From positions 70,680 through 134,679 of the forward strand of contig CALCZC010000028.1 in assembly GCA_937903605.1 (NCBI GenBank): DNA of 64,000 nt. Reading direction: 5' to 3'. Of the stretch, positions 18,594-27,743 are shown in pieces. The translations under genes and the position numbers were made by a program. The first letter of the stretch is position 1. Each line of letters starts with the position of its first letter. The notes under the pieces are model-generated. The model was not told the origin of the DNA. It searched no databases and was given only the letters and a program-made list of their open reading frames with translations. The DNA is from an uncultured bacterium. GTDB taxonomy: Bacteria; Patescibacteriota; Patescibacteriia; Magasanikbacterales; GWA2-37-8.

Positions 18594-19175
18594 ATGTGGA
18601 AAAAACTTTGGCAATGTCTTTTCCCCGGAAAAAATTCAAAGAGAAAGAAAACTCCATGTACGAAGGAAGAAACAGTGTTAGCAGAATTCATCAAAGTAGG
18701 CGAACTTTTCAAAGCAGAAGAGCTGTTGGTTAAAGGCGCTAGTGCTAATGCGATTTTTTATCACGAACATCTTGGAGTTTGTGATATCTTTTCAAAAACA
18801 GATACTTTCTACGGTCTTTGCTTGTTGCTTCGTTATGATCTGAATATCAATCTCAAAGATCGTGGCGGTGAAACATTGTTTGAAGCCGCTATTGTCAACC
18901 GTGATATCCGGATGTTTGAGAAACTTCTCAAAGATGCGGTAGATCCGAATACTATCACATCTGAGGATGTGGGTTTGGTGTGTTATGCTGCCAGACACAC
19001 GACCTTGAGGGGGGACAAAGTTTTCGTGGAAAAGCTCTTGGAACGCAATATCAAATGGCTCAAAGGAGAATTTCCCGAAATCGACAAGAAGAAAGTTTAT
19101 GAGTTTTCGCTCGACCTTATCAACGGTCGCAAGAAACTCGCCAGCTATCTTGTCGAGCTGGCTCACAAAAAATAA
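18594..19175 (+). CDS. Ankyrin-repeat protein, paralog of the upstream gene
   Basis: LLVKGASANA, NINLKDRGGETLFEAAI, LLKDAVDPN; AGGAG RBS; promoter 18524-18552; terminator 19175-19199. Confidence 0.8.
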   Translation: MWKKLWQCLFPGKNSKRKKTPCTKEETVLAEFIKVGELFKAEELLVKGASANAIFYHEHLGVCDIFSKTDTFYGLCLLLRYDLNINLKDRGGETLFEAAIVNRDIRMFEKLLKDAVDPNTITSEDVGLVCYAARHTTLRGDKVFVEKLLERNIKWLKGEFPEIDKKKVYEFSLDLINGRKKLASYLVELAHKK

Positions 19176-19212
19176 AGCAGGTCGTTTATCGACCTGCTTC
19201 TTTTTATATTTA

Positions 19213-19733
19213 TAAACACTTCACCCTAGGGCGAAGTGTTTATTTCGGCTAAAATAATGGATTTTTCTTGAATATCCAACATCCTTCTCTCGTACTAGTA
19301 TTATTATTTTTTCTTTTCCACTTTTTGTAACCAAAAACTGGAGGAAAAAGTTTCCTCGCGGTTGAACCAAATACTGCCAGTTGTCTTCTTCGCTGTCTCT
19401 TTTGTTCAAAACTCCCCCGCCCTTGCGCGCAAGGGCGGGGTCAAACAGTTGAACAAATTCCGCTAAGGCGGAAACGCTCCAGCTCATCGCAACTGTTAAT
19501 TATTTGGTTCAAATGCTCGGACCTCCGAACCGTTGGCCAACAATCACAAAGGCGAGCATTTAAAAATACGAACAAATTTTGTTAAGGAGCGAAGCGTTAA
19601 GAAATTCTACTGTTTGAGGAATGTAATGACGAGTTTAGAATTTTAGCGTAGCGAGCTTTACAAAATTGTGAGGATTTTTAACAGTGAGCGATTTTCTTTC
19701 TGTCCACTTTCTTTTCTAAAAAGAAAGTGGACA
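19213..19733. repeat. Hairpin-rich non-coding element (MITE/REPIN-like)
   Basis: Several nested inverted repeats, a perfect 26 bp palindrome at 19415-19440, and oppositely oriented AAACTC..TCAAACAG / CTGTTTGA..GAGTTT halves. Confidence 0.6.
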
Positions 19734-19867
19734 AATCTGCGATAGCAGAATTAAAGTTTTTAGCAAGAAGGATGTGGAAATAATAAAGAAAACAAAACCC
19801 ACCATCTTCAGGTGAGCTTTTTTATTTTATAAACTTTATGAACTTTATAACTTTATAACTTTATAAA

Positions 19868-20761
19868 CTACTTTCCCATCATTCGAAGCCTCTTTATCCT
19901 TTCTTCTACCGGCGGATGAGTGGAAAACATAGCAGAAAGTTTTTTACCGGAAAACGGCGACGCGATGAAAAGGTGGGCAGTAGCTGAAGAGGCTTTTTGC
20001 ATAGGCCTATTTTCTTGGGATATTTTCTCTAGCGCGCTAGCTAATCCTTCAGGATAACGAGTTAGAAGTGAGCCGGAAGCATCAGCGAGATATTCACGTT
20101 GGCGAGAAATCGCTAATTTGATAAGCTCAGCAATAATAGGTGAAAGCACGGCAATGATTATACCGATAATCAAAAAAATCAAAGCAAATTGATTGCCTTC
20201 ACGGCGATTATCTCTAGAGTTTATAAATCCGCCGGAGCGTAAAAAAATATCCGATAACATCACGATAGATCCGACCATAACAGCCACCAGCATCATAAAA
20301 CGAATATCGTAATTTTTGATATGTGAAAGTTCATGAGCCAATACCCCTTCCAATTCTTCATTGGTAAGTTTTTCTAGTGCTCCGCGAGTGACGGCGATAG
20401 AAGCCAATTCCGGTTTTCGACCGGTAGCAAAAGCGTTTATTGTCGGATCTTCTATTATGTAGAGTTTCGGCATGGGCATGCCGTTTCCGATACAAAGATT
20501 TTCCACCAAGTGATAATAATATTTATTGTCATCATGTTCTATCAATTTAGCCCCGGTAGTACTCAACGCCACTTTATCGCCCGCAAAATAAGAAAAAGCG
20601 GTCATACAAAGAGAAAAAATAACGGCAAAACTAACTCCGCTCCAAGCTTGCCCTTGACCATAAGCCAAATCAAAAATATAACCTAAAAAGATAATAAAAG
20701 CGATGAAAAATGTCATCAATATGACGGACTTTCTTTTGTTTGAAGATATTTCGTTGTACAT
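19868..20761 (-). CDS. htpX: M48 zinc metalloprotease HtpX
   Basis: INAFATG, ELEGVLAHELSHI, SRQREYLAD, STHPP..ERI; downstream of lemA. Confidence 0.95.
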   Translation of the reverse strand: MYNEISSNKRKSVILMTFFIAFIIFLGYIFDLAYGQGQAWSGVSFAVIFSLCMTAFSYFAGDKVALSTTGAKLIEHDDNKYYYHLVENLCIGNGMPMPKLYIIEDPTINAFATGRKPELASIAVTRGALEKLTNEELEGVLAHELSHIKNYDIRFMMLVAVMVGSIVMLSDIFLRSGGFINSRDNRREGNQFALIFLIIGIIIAVLSPIIAELIKLAISRQREYLADASGSLLTRYPEGLASALEKISQENRPMQKASSATAHLFIASPFSGKKLSAMFSTHPPVEERIKRLRMMGK

Positions 20762-20768
20762 AAAAATT

Positions 20769-20887
20769 AAATCTCAAATCTCAAAATGCAAATCTCAAAA
20801 CTAAAGTATCGCTTCGCGATATCTAATTAAATTGTCCCGTAGGGACACCAAAGTTTTGACTTTTGACATTTGAGTTTTGAGTTTGAC
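20769..20887. repeat. Inverted 7-mer array element with central hairpins
   Basis: AAATCTC-type arm, ATCGCTTCGCGAT and TGTCCC-GTA-GGGACA hairpins, TTTTGAC/TTTTGAG arm; right half is the reverse complement of 31213-31257. Confidence 0.8.
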
Positions 20888-20898
20888 CAAGTTATATT

Positions 20899-21465
20899 TT
20901 AAAATTTGACTTGTACATTCTGTCTTTCACCCTCCGCTGCTTGAAAAAATTCATATTTGGTGAATTTCAACATTCCAGCGATAAGATTGGTAGGAAAGAC
21001 TTGAATTTTGGTGTTGAAATCGCGAACATTGCCGTTATAAAATCGGCGAGAAGCTTGGATTTTATTTTCAGTGTCGGAAATTTCATCTTGAAGTTGTAAA
21101 AAATTTTGACTTGCTTTGAGATCAGGATAATTTTCAGATACTGCAAAAATGGTTTTGAGAGTAGAAGACAGGGCATTTTCTGCTTGTTCTTTTTGCGCAA
21201 AAGTAGCGTCTTTTTTGTCATGCGTGGTCATAGCTGCGGTACGAGCTTCGGTTAGTTTGACCAAAGTTTCACGTTCGTGAGTCATATAACCCTTGACGGT
21301 TTCGACCAAATTTGGGATTAAATCATAGCGACGTTTGAGTTGGACATCAATATCGCTATATGCTTCATCCACGCGATTTTTTACGGTAATTAAGCCATTA
21401 TATGTAGCAATCAGCCAAATTATGGCTATTGCCAAAACCCCCAAAACGATGTAAAGTAAAGACAT
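20899..21465 (-). CDS. lemA: LemA family protein
   Basis: YNGL, IDVQLKRRYDLIPNLVETVKGY, ENYPDLKA, RRFYN..V..FNT.IQ.FP. Confidence 0.96.
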   Translation of the reverse strand: MSLLYIVLGVLAIAIIWLIATYNGLITVKNRVDEAYSDIDVQLKRRYDLIPNLVETVKGYMTHERETLVKLTEARTAAMTTHDKKDATFAQKEQAENALSSTLKTIFAVSENYPDLKASQNFLQLQDEISDTENKIQASRRFYNGNVRDFNTKIQVFPTNLIAGMLKFTKYEFFQAAEGERQNVQVKF

Positions 21466-21544
21466 ATACTTTTATTTAACTTTAAGTTAAAATTACTTAA
21501 ATGTTTTTTTATTGTATACAAAATCGGTCTTTCTGGCAAGTAAA

Positions 21545-21618
21545 TTGAATACTGAATATTGTATATTGGATAAAACCAAAAATCCTGACCAATATTCAAT
21601 ATTTAATATTCAATATCC
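21545..21618. repeat. Inverted 7-mer array (TGAATAY/AATATTC type)
   Basis: TTGAATACTGAATATTGTATATTGGATA ... CCAATATTCAATATTTAATATTCAATATCC; same family as the truB insertion. Confidence 0.8.
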
Positions 21619-21630
21619 ACTATCTATTTT

Positions 21631-22791
21631 ATGCTCACTCTCGTCATTTTCATCGCCGTCCTCGCCGTACTCGTTCTTTCTCACGAATTTGGACATTTTG
21701 TTTCTGCGCGTAAAAGCGGGATGAAAGTTTATGAATTCGGCTTTGGTTTTCCGCCCCGTGCTTTCGGTTGGTACAAGGATCCAATTACCAAAAAAATCAA
21801 ATTTGTCGGGAAAAAATATGAAGCCAAAGACTGCCCGGCTGATACATTATATAGTGTGAATTGGTTGCCATTGGGTGGGTTTGTCAGTATTCGCGGTGAA
21901 AATGAACAAGATTTGGCCCCGGACAGTTTCCAAACCAAAAGTTTTTGGCCCAAAGCCGTCACCATAGTGGCTGGTGTTGTGATGAATATAGTTTTGGCTG
22001 GAGCCCTATTCTCTATCGGTTATTTTTTTGGTTTACCGCAGATTACCGAAGAGTTGCCAAATAGTGCTAAAGTAGAAAATCGTCGAGTAGAAATTTTACA
22101 AGTTATTGCCGATAAACCGGCGGCTGTTGCTGGATTGCAGGAAGGTGATGCGGTTGTCAAAGTCGGCTCTATAGATTATCCGCGACTCAAAGAAATGCAG
22201 GATTATATCAATAAACATCAAGACGAGGAAGTAGAGATAGTTATAAAAAGAGGAGAAGAGATAGTTGTCAAAAATATTAAACCTTTTATTTACAGTGACA
22301 CCGGTAGAGCCGGTATTGGTGTGGCAATTGCAGAATTGGGTACGGTTTCTTATCCTTGGTATCTGGCTTTTTATTACGGATTTAAAAACGCTTTTCTGAT
22401 GTTTGGCGCTATTGCCATCGCTTTTTATGATTTTATCAAAGGTCTTTTTGTTGGCACCAGCGTGGCCGGCGATATGGCCGGGCCGGTTGGTATTGCGGTA
22501 ATGACCGGTAAAATTGCCAAACTTGGTTTTATTTATTTATTACAATTTACCGCCGTGCTGTCTCTCAATTTAGCTTTCATAAATATTTTGCCGATTCCGG
22601 CACTGGACGGTGGTAGATTATTATTTTTGATTTTAAATAAAATAAATAAAAAATTAGCCCCGGCAAAATTTGAACAAATCGCGCACTCGGTAGGTTTTAT
22701 GTTATTGATGATTTTGATTTTGGCAGTGACGCTAAAAGATTTGACAATGTTCAAAGGTTTTTTTATAAATTTGGTAAATAAAATATTTTAA
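21631..22791 (+). CDS. rseP: RIP metalloprotease RseP (M50)
   Basis: HEFGH, NWLPLGGFV, PDZ domain, NILPIPALDGG. Confidence 0.95.
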   Translation: MLTLVIFIAVLAVLVLSHEFGHFVSARKSGMKVYEFGFGFPPRAFGWYKDPITKKIKFVGKKYEAKDCPADTLYSVNWLPLGGFVSIRGENEQDLAPDSFQTKSFWPKAVTIVAGVVMNIVLAGALFSIGYFFGLPQITEELPNSAKVENRRVEILQVIADKPAAVAGLQEGDAVVKVGSIDYPRLKEMQDYINKHQDEEVEIVIKRGEEIVVKNIKPFIYSDTGRAGIGVAIAELGTVSYPWYLAFYYGFKNAFLMFGAIAIAFYDFIKGLFVGTSVAGDMAGPVGIAVMTGKIAKLGFIYLLQFTAVLSLNLAFINILPIPALDGGRLLFLILNKINKKLAPAKFEQIAHSVGFMLLMILILAVTLKDLTMFKGFFINLVNKIF

Positions 22792-22796
22792 AATTT

Positions 22797-23828
22797 ATGC
22801 AAGAAAAATTGCAACAATTGAAAAACCAAGCTTTACCCGCGATTGCCAGTAGCAAAAATGAAGCGGAGCTTACGGATTTGGAAAATAAATATTTAGGTCG
22901 CAAAAACGGCGAACTGACCGAATTTATGAAGGGTCTCAAAGACCTAAATCCCGAAGAAAAGAAAAATGCCGGCCAACTACTCAATGAAATCAAAAAAGAA
23001 TTGGAAGAAGCTATAAATAAAAAAAGAGAAGAGCTCAGTAATGCCGGTTTTGCCCAAGCTATTGCTGGAGAAAAAGCGGATTTGAGTCAACCTTATTTAC
23101 CCAAAAAAGAAAGAGGGCATTTGCACCCCAATTCTATCGTGCAAAAAGAATTGGAAGATTTGTTTACCTCTATGGGTTTTATGGTGCTTGACGGACCGGA
23201 ACTAGAAAGTGATTATTACAATTTTGAAGCGATAAATATTCCTGCCACCCATCCGGCCAGAGAAAGTCAGGATACTTTTTATATCAAAAATCATGAAAAC
23301 TGGTTGGTGCGTACTCACACCTCTTCCAATCAAGTTCGTGCTATGGAAAAATATGGCGCGCCTTTGAAAATGATTACTCCAGGTCGTTGTTTTCGTAATG
23401 AAGCCACAGACGCCAGACACGAACATACTTTTTATCAATTGGAAGGTGTGGTGGTGGACAAAGATATTAATTTTGGTCACATGAAAGCGGTTTTGGAAAC
23501 CGTAGCGCAAAAATTATTTGGACCGGAGATCAAAGTTCGTTTGCGTCCGAAATTTTATCCGTTCGTTGAACCTGGGGTAAATGGAGAAGTGACTTGTTTG
23601 CTCTGTGGTGGTAAAGGATGCAATGTTTGTAAACATACCGGTTGGATGGAAATTTTTGGCGCTGGCATGATTCACCCTAACGTATTGCGAGCCGGCGGTC
23701 TTGATCCGCAAATTTATAGTGGTTTTGCTTTTGGTTTTGGTTTAACTCGTTTGGTGATGCTCAAATACGGGATAGATGATGTGAGATTATTACAGAGTGG
23801 AGACCTACGATTTGTGAGACAGTTCTAG
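22797..23828 (+). CDS. pheS: Phenylalanine-tRNA ligase alpha subunit
   Basis: HPARESQDTFY, RTHTS, FYPFVEP, GFAFGFG. Confidence 0.98.
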   Translation: MQEKLQQLKNQALPAIASSKNEAELTDLENKYLGRKNGELTEFMKGLKDLNPEEKKNAGQLLNEIKKELEEAINKKREELSNAGFAQAIAGEKADLSQPYLPKKERGHLHPNSIVQKELEDLFTSMGFMVLDGPELESDYYNFEAINIPATHPARESQDTFYIKNHENWLVRTHTSSNQVRAMEKYGAPLKMITPGRCFRNEATDARHEHTFYQLEGVVVDKDINFGHMKAVLETVAQKLFGPEIKVRLRPKFYPFVEPGVNGEVTCLLCGGKGCNVCKHTGWMEIFGAGMIHPNVLRAGGLDPQIYSGFAFGFGLTRLVMLKYGIDDVRLLQSGDLRFVRQF

Positions 23829-23893
23829 ATGTTGTAAATGTTCTAGGTGTTATAGATGTTGTAAATGTTCTAGATGTTCTAGATGTTATAGAT
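23822..23893 (+). repeat. Eight tandem 9-mers (consensus GTTCTAGAT)
   Basis: GTTCTAGAT GTTGTAAAT GTTCTAGGT GTTATAGAT GTTGTAAAT GTTCTAGAT GTTCTAGAT GTTATAGAT; the first unit contains the pheS stop codon. Confidence 0.92.
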
Positions 23894-23987
23894 TATCAAT
23901 TACAACAAGCGCTTTAGCGCGATAAAACAAACATAGTGGTAGAACAATTATAACAAGGGCTTTAGCCTGATAAATTATTTAATAAAT

Positions 23988-24359
23988 ATGGGAGGGTTAA
24001 ATTTTAGCTATCAAAATCTTGAAGTTACTATTTTAGCAAAAAAATTAATAAAAGAAATTTATTTTTTTACAAAAAACTTTCCAGCATCTGAAATTTACGG
24101 ACTTACAAACCAGTTAAGAAGAGCGGTAATATCAGTAGCTTTAAACATCGCAGAAGGAAGTAGTAAAAAAAGTTTTACAGATTTTAATAGGTATGTAAGA
24201 ATTGCAATAGGTTCTTTGGTAGAAGTCAATTGTGCTTTGGAAATATCTATAGAATTAGGGTATTTAAAAACAGAAGATTATGAAAAGATAAAATTAGATG
24301 TTCAGCCTCTTTATTTCAAATTAGTATCTTTATCAAAATATTTAACAAACAAGATTTAA
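23988..24359 (+). CDS. Four-helix-bundle protein (TIGR02436 / 23S rRNA IVP / bAvd-like)
   Basis: YQNLEV, FP..E.YGLT.QLRRA..SVALNIAEG, F.RY..IA.GSL.E, ELGYL motifs. Confidence 0.92.
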   Translation: MGGLNFSYQNLEVTILAKKLIKEIYFFTKNFPASEIYGLTNQLRRAVISVALNIAEGSSKKSFTDFNRYVRIAIGSLVEVNCALEISIELGYLKTEDYEKIKLDVQPLYFKLVSLSKYLTNKI

Positions 24360-24429
24360 AAATAACAAGCGCTTTAGCGCGATAAATCAATTAGAACAAG
24401 CGAAAAGCGATATAACTATCATTAATTTT

Positions 24430-26892
24430 ATGAATATATCATACAACTGGCTGAAAAAACACGTCACTTTGCCTGATTCCATCACTCCTGAAATAGTGGC
24501 GGAAAAATTGAAATTGAGCACAGTAGAAGTGGAAAATATCATCAAACAAGGTGATAACTTGGAAAATATCGTAGTTGGTAAAGTGCTCAAAGCCGACAAA
24601 CATCCCAATGCTGATAAATTGAAACTTTGCCAAGTGGATTTGGGAAAAGAAAAAGTCCAGATTGTTTGTGGTGGCAGTAATGTTACTACTGATATGCTCG
24701 TAGCGGTGGCCAAAGTTGGTGCCAAAGTTTCTTGGCACGGCGAGGGGGAGTTGGTGGAAATCGTACCGACCAAAATCAGAGATATAGATTCCTATGGCAT
24801 GATTTGCGCGGGGAGTGAGATCGGACTGGCCGAAATGTTTCCGCCCAAAGATGAAAAAGAAATTTTGGATTTGACCGCACTGAATTTGAAAGTTGGGGCG
24901 GAGTTAAAAAAAGCGCTTGGACTCGATGATGTGATTTTGGAAATTGACAATAAATCTCTTTCCAATCGTCCCGATCTCTGGGGACACTACGGTATCGCTC
25001 GCGAAGTAGCCGTGCTTTTTCCGCGTGATTTTGGAGTTTACGAAACAAAAGATATAACTCCGGGTAAAGAAATAAAATTGAAAGTTACAGTAGAGGACGA
25101 ACCGCTTTGTCCGCGTTATATGGCGGTGGCGATAAGCGGAGTACAAGTCGGTCCGTCGCCTCTGTGGTTACAAAGAGCACTGTCATCTATCGGTTTGCGC
25201 AGTATCAATAACATCGTGGATATCACCAATTATATAATGTTTGATTTGGGGCAACCCCTTCATGCTTTTGATGCTCAAACTCTACAAACAAAAAACAAAA
25301 ATCAAAAACACATCATTGTTCGCACGGCAAATGACAAAGAAAAATTCAAACTATTGGATGAAAAAGAATTGTCCTTGACGGAAAATGATTTGGTAATTGC
25401 AGATGATGAAAAACCTATCGCGCTTGCCGGGGTAATGGGCGGATTTTATAGCGGGATAAACGACAAAACAACAGAAATTATTTTTGAAGCCGCAACTTTT
25501 GATCCGGTGTGTGTGCGTAAAACCGCGTTGCGCTACGATAGTCGCACAGATTCTTCCGCTCGTTTTGAAAAAAGCTTGGATCCCAATATGGCGGAAATAG
25601 CTTTGAAAAAAGCGGTAGAGATGGCACTGGAGCTTTGTCCGCAGGCTAAAGTGTCTAGCAATGTTGAAGATAAAAAGAATTTTCACTTAGCTACCGGACC
25701 ACTGCAAACAAGTGTGAATGACATTTGTAAAAAACTCGGAGTGCAAATTGAGAAAAAAGAAATTGTCGGCATCTTGCAAAGATTGGGTTTTGAAGTTAAA
25801 GAAAAAGGTAAAGACGGTCTGAGTGTCAAAATTCCGACTTGGCGCGCTACCAAAGATATATCGCTTTCCGAGGATTTGATTGAAGAGGTTGGTAGGATTT
25901 ACGGTTATGACAAGATAGATAGTTTCATGCCGGAATTTGAAATTACTCCGCCGGAAAAAAATATTTTACGCGATTTGGAACATAACTTGCGAAATATCTT
26001 GACCAAAGAACTTGGTTATGATGAAGTTTATAACTATTCTTTTGTCAGCGGTTTGCAAATAGATCGTCTGGGTGAAGGTAAAAATAAATATTTGGAATTA
26101 GATAATCCGCTTTCCAGTGAAAAACCTTATTTACGTCGAGAGTTGTTGCCAAACTTATTGGAAAACATTCAAAAAAATATAGAAAATTTTGATCGCGTGA
26201 ATATTTTTGAAATCGGCAAAACATATTTATCCGAATTTCCCGGTGCCAGAGCCGTGGCCAACGAAGACGATCTATTGCCACGTCAAGATACTTTTTTGAG
26301 TGTTGTAAATTATGAGAAAAAAAGCGATAACGGTTTTATCAAAGCTCGTTTGGCTTTGGAAAAAGTGATGGAAAATTTGCAACTTAGTTTTGTAGTGCGA
26401 GAGATCAAAGAAATCAAAGGTTATATGCATCCGGGCAGAGCCGGGGAGATAGTGGTAGGAGATCAAAAAATAGGTTTTATCTACGAGCTCAATCCGCTCA
26501 TTGCCAAAAAATGGGATTTAAACGACAGAGTTGGAATAGTGGAAATAAATCTCAGTGATTTGCGAGATATTTTGAAAACCAAAAAAGATTTTGTTTATCA
26601 AACATTATCTCAATTTCCGGAACCGACTCGAGACTTGGCTTTTGTGGCGGAGAAAAAAGTTACACATCAAGAAATTTTGGAAGCGTTAAAACACATTTCG
26701 CCGATTTTGAAATCCTTAGAATTGTTTGATGTTTATGAAGGCGAACACGTCAAAGCCGGATTTAAAAGTATGGCGTATCATTTTGTTTTTTCCGACTCTA
26801 CTCGTACTTTGAAGAATGAAGAGGTAGATGATGTGATGGGGGAGATAATAAAAATATTGAAAGATAAGTTTGGGGTGGAAGTGAGAGGGTAA
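24430..26892 (+). CDS. pheT: Phenylalanine-tRNA ligase beta subunit
   Basis: HPNADKL tRNA-binding OB domain, NRPDL, B3/4, B5 (DLIEEVGRIYGY), FDX-ACB C-terminus. Confidence 0.98.
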   Translation: MNISYNWLKKHVTLPDSITPEIVAEKLKLSTVEVENIIKQGDNLENIVVGKVLKADKHPNADKLKLCQVDLGKEKVQIVCGGSNVTTDMLVAVAKVGAKVSWHGEGELVEIVPTKIRDIDSYGMICAGSEIGLAEMFPPKDEKEILDLTALNLKVGAELKKALGLDDVILEIDNKSLSNRPDLWGHYGIAREVAVLFPRDFGVYETKDITPGKEIKLKVTVEDEPLCPRYMAVAISGVQVGPSPLWLQRALSSIGLRSINNIVDITNYIMFDLGQPLHAFDAQTLQTKNKNQKHIIVRTANDKEKFKLLDEKELSLTENDLVIADDEKPIALAGVMGGFYSGINDKTTEIIFEAATFDPVCVRKTALRYDSRTDSSARFEKSLDPNMAEIALKKAVEMALELCPQAKVSSNVEDKKNFHLATGPLQTSVNDICKKLGVQIEKKEIVGILQRLGFEVKEKGKDGLSVKIPTWRATKDISLSEDLIEEVGRIYGYDKIDSFMPEFEITPPEKNILRDLEHNLRNILTKELGYDEVYNYSFVSGLQIDRLGEGKNKYLELDNPLSSEKPYLRRELLPNLLENIQKNIENFDRVNIFEIGKTYLSEFPGARAVANEDDLLPRQDTFLSVVNYEKKSDNGFIKARLALEKVMENLQLSFVVREIKEIKGYMHPGRAGEIVVGDQKIGFIYELNPLIAKKWDLNDRVGIVEINLSDLRDILKTKKDFVYQTLSQFPEPTRDLAFVAEKKVTHQEILEALKHISPILKSLELFDVYEGEHVKAGFKSMAYHFVFSDSTRTLKNEEVDDVMGEIIKILKDKFGVEVRG

Positions 26893-26899
26893 AAAAACA

Positions 26900-27007
26900 A
26901 AGCCCTAAGCTCTAATTTCTAATCTCTAAACAAGTTCAAATATAAAATTTTAAAATTTGATATTTAATATTAAATATTGTTTAGGATTTAGAATTTAGGA
27001 TTTAGTT
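26900..27007. repeat. Nested inverted 7-mer array
   Basis: AAGCCCT AAGCTCT AATTTCT AATCTCT AAACAA ... TTGTTT AGGATTT AGAATTT AGGATTT AG. Confidence 0.75.
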
Positions 27008-27087
27008 ATTAAGCTTTTTTACAAAATTTTTAAAAAGTGTTATAATATTTACAAGATAATAAATAATTAATTTAACAAGGAGGATCT

Positions 27088-27474
27088 ATGTTAGAAAATT
27101 CAAAAGATATTTTATATATCGTCATTTCGTTTTGTATTATCTGGGTTACGGCGTTTATTTGTTACATGTTTTATTACGCCGCCAGGATTTTGAAAAATGT
27201 AAATACAATTGTAGAAGAATTTCGTCTTCGTCTTCAGAGAATCACAGATACTATAAATTCTATCCAAGACAAAGTGGAGGGGATAGTTAGTTTGCTTGGG
27301 ATGGCCAGAGAAACTACCGGTGGGATGGTAAAAAATTTCATCACCAAAAAGGCTAGAGATTTTATGGATGACAAAGTGGAGGATTTTGGCGATATTGCCA
27401 AAGATGCGGTGGATAAAGCTATGGCTGTAGCGCAAAAGAAAGTGAAGAAAGTAGCGAAGAAAATGAAAAAATAA
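27088..27474 (+). CDS. Hypothetical membrane protein with coiled coil (DUF948-like)
   Basis: AGGAGG RBS, one TM, heptad region, Lys-rich tail; terminator 27477-27505. Confidence 0.75.
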   Translation: MLENSKDILYIVISFCIIWVTAFICYMFYYAARILKNVNTIVEEFRLRLQRITDTINSIQDKVEGIVSLLGMARETTGGMVKNFITKKARDFMDDKVEDFGDIAKDAVDKAMAVAQKKVKKVAKKMKK

Positions 27475-27593
27475 ATAAAAAAACCTCGCTATAGCGAGGT
27501 TTTTTAATAGTTGCCAAAAGTTAAATTTTTAGTTATTATGAAGTAGCCAAAGGGAGGGTCTTTTTGGTTTATTTTTTTGTAGTATAACTTGGT

Positions 27594-27693
27594 TGTCATC
27601 CTGAACCCAAAGGGTGAAGGATCTATAAGTAAGATAAAATTATGAATTAAACGCATTGCTTTTTACAGATTCTTCGTTTCACCCAGAATGACA
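27594..27693. repeat. REP-like doublet (TGTCATCCTG...CAGAATGACA)
   Basis: Terminal inverted repeat TGTCATCCTG/CAGAATGACA plus inner GAAGGATCT/AGATTCTTC. Confidence 0.7.
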
Positions 27694-27743
27694 AAATGGT
27701 TTCGTTATTCAAAAATCTAAAATCTAAAATCTAAAATTGTCTT

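Noticed and set aside
19221-19487. 88 aa minus-strand ORF
   Set aside because: Lies wholly within the hairpin-rich element, runs through a perfect palindrome, and has no RBS or motif.
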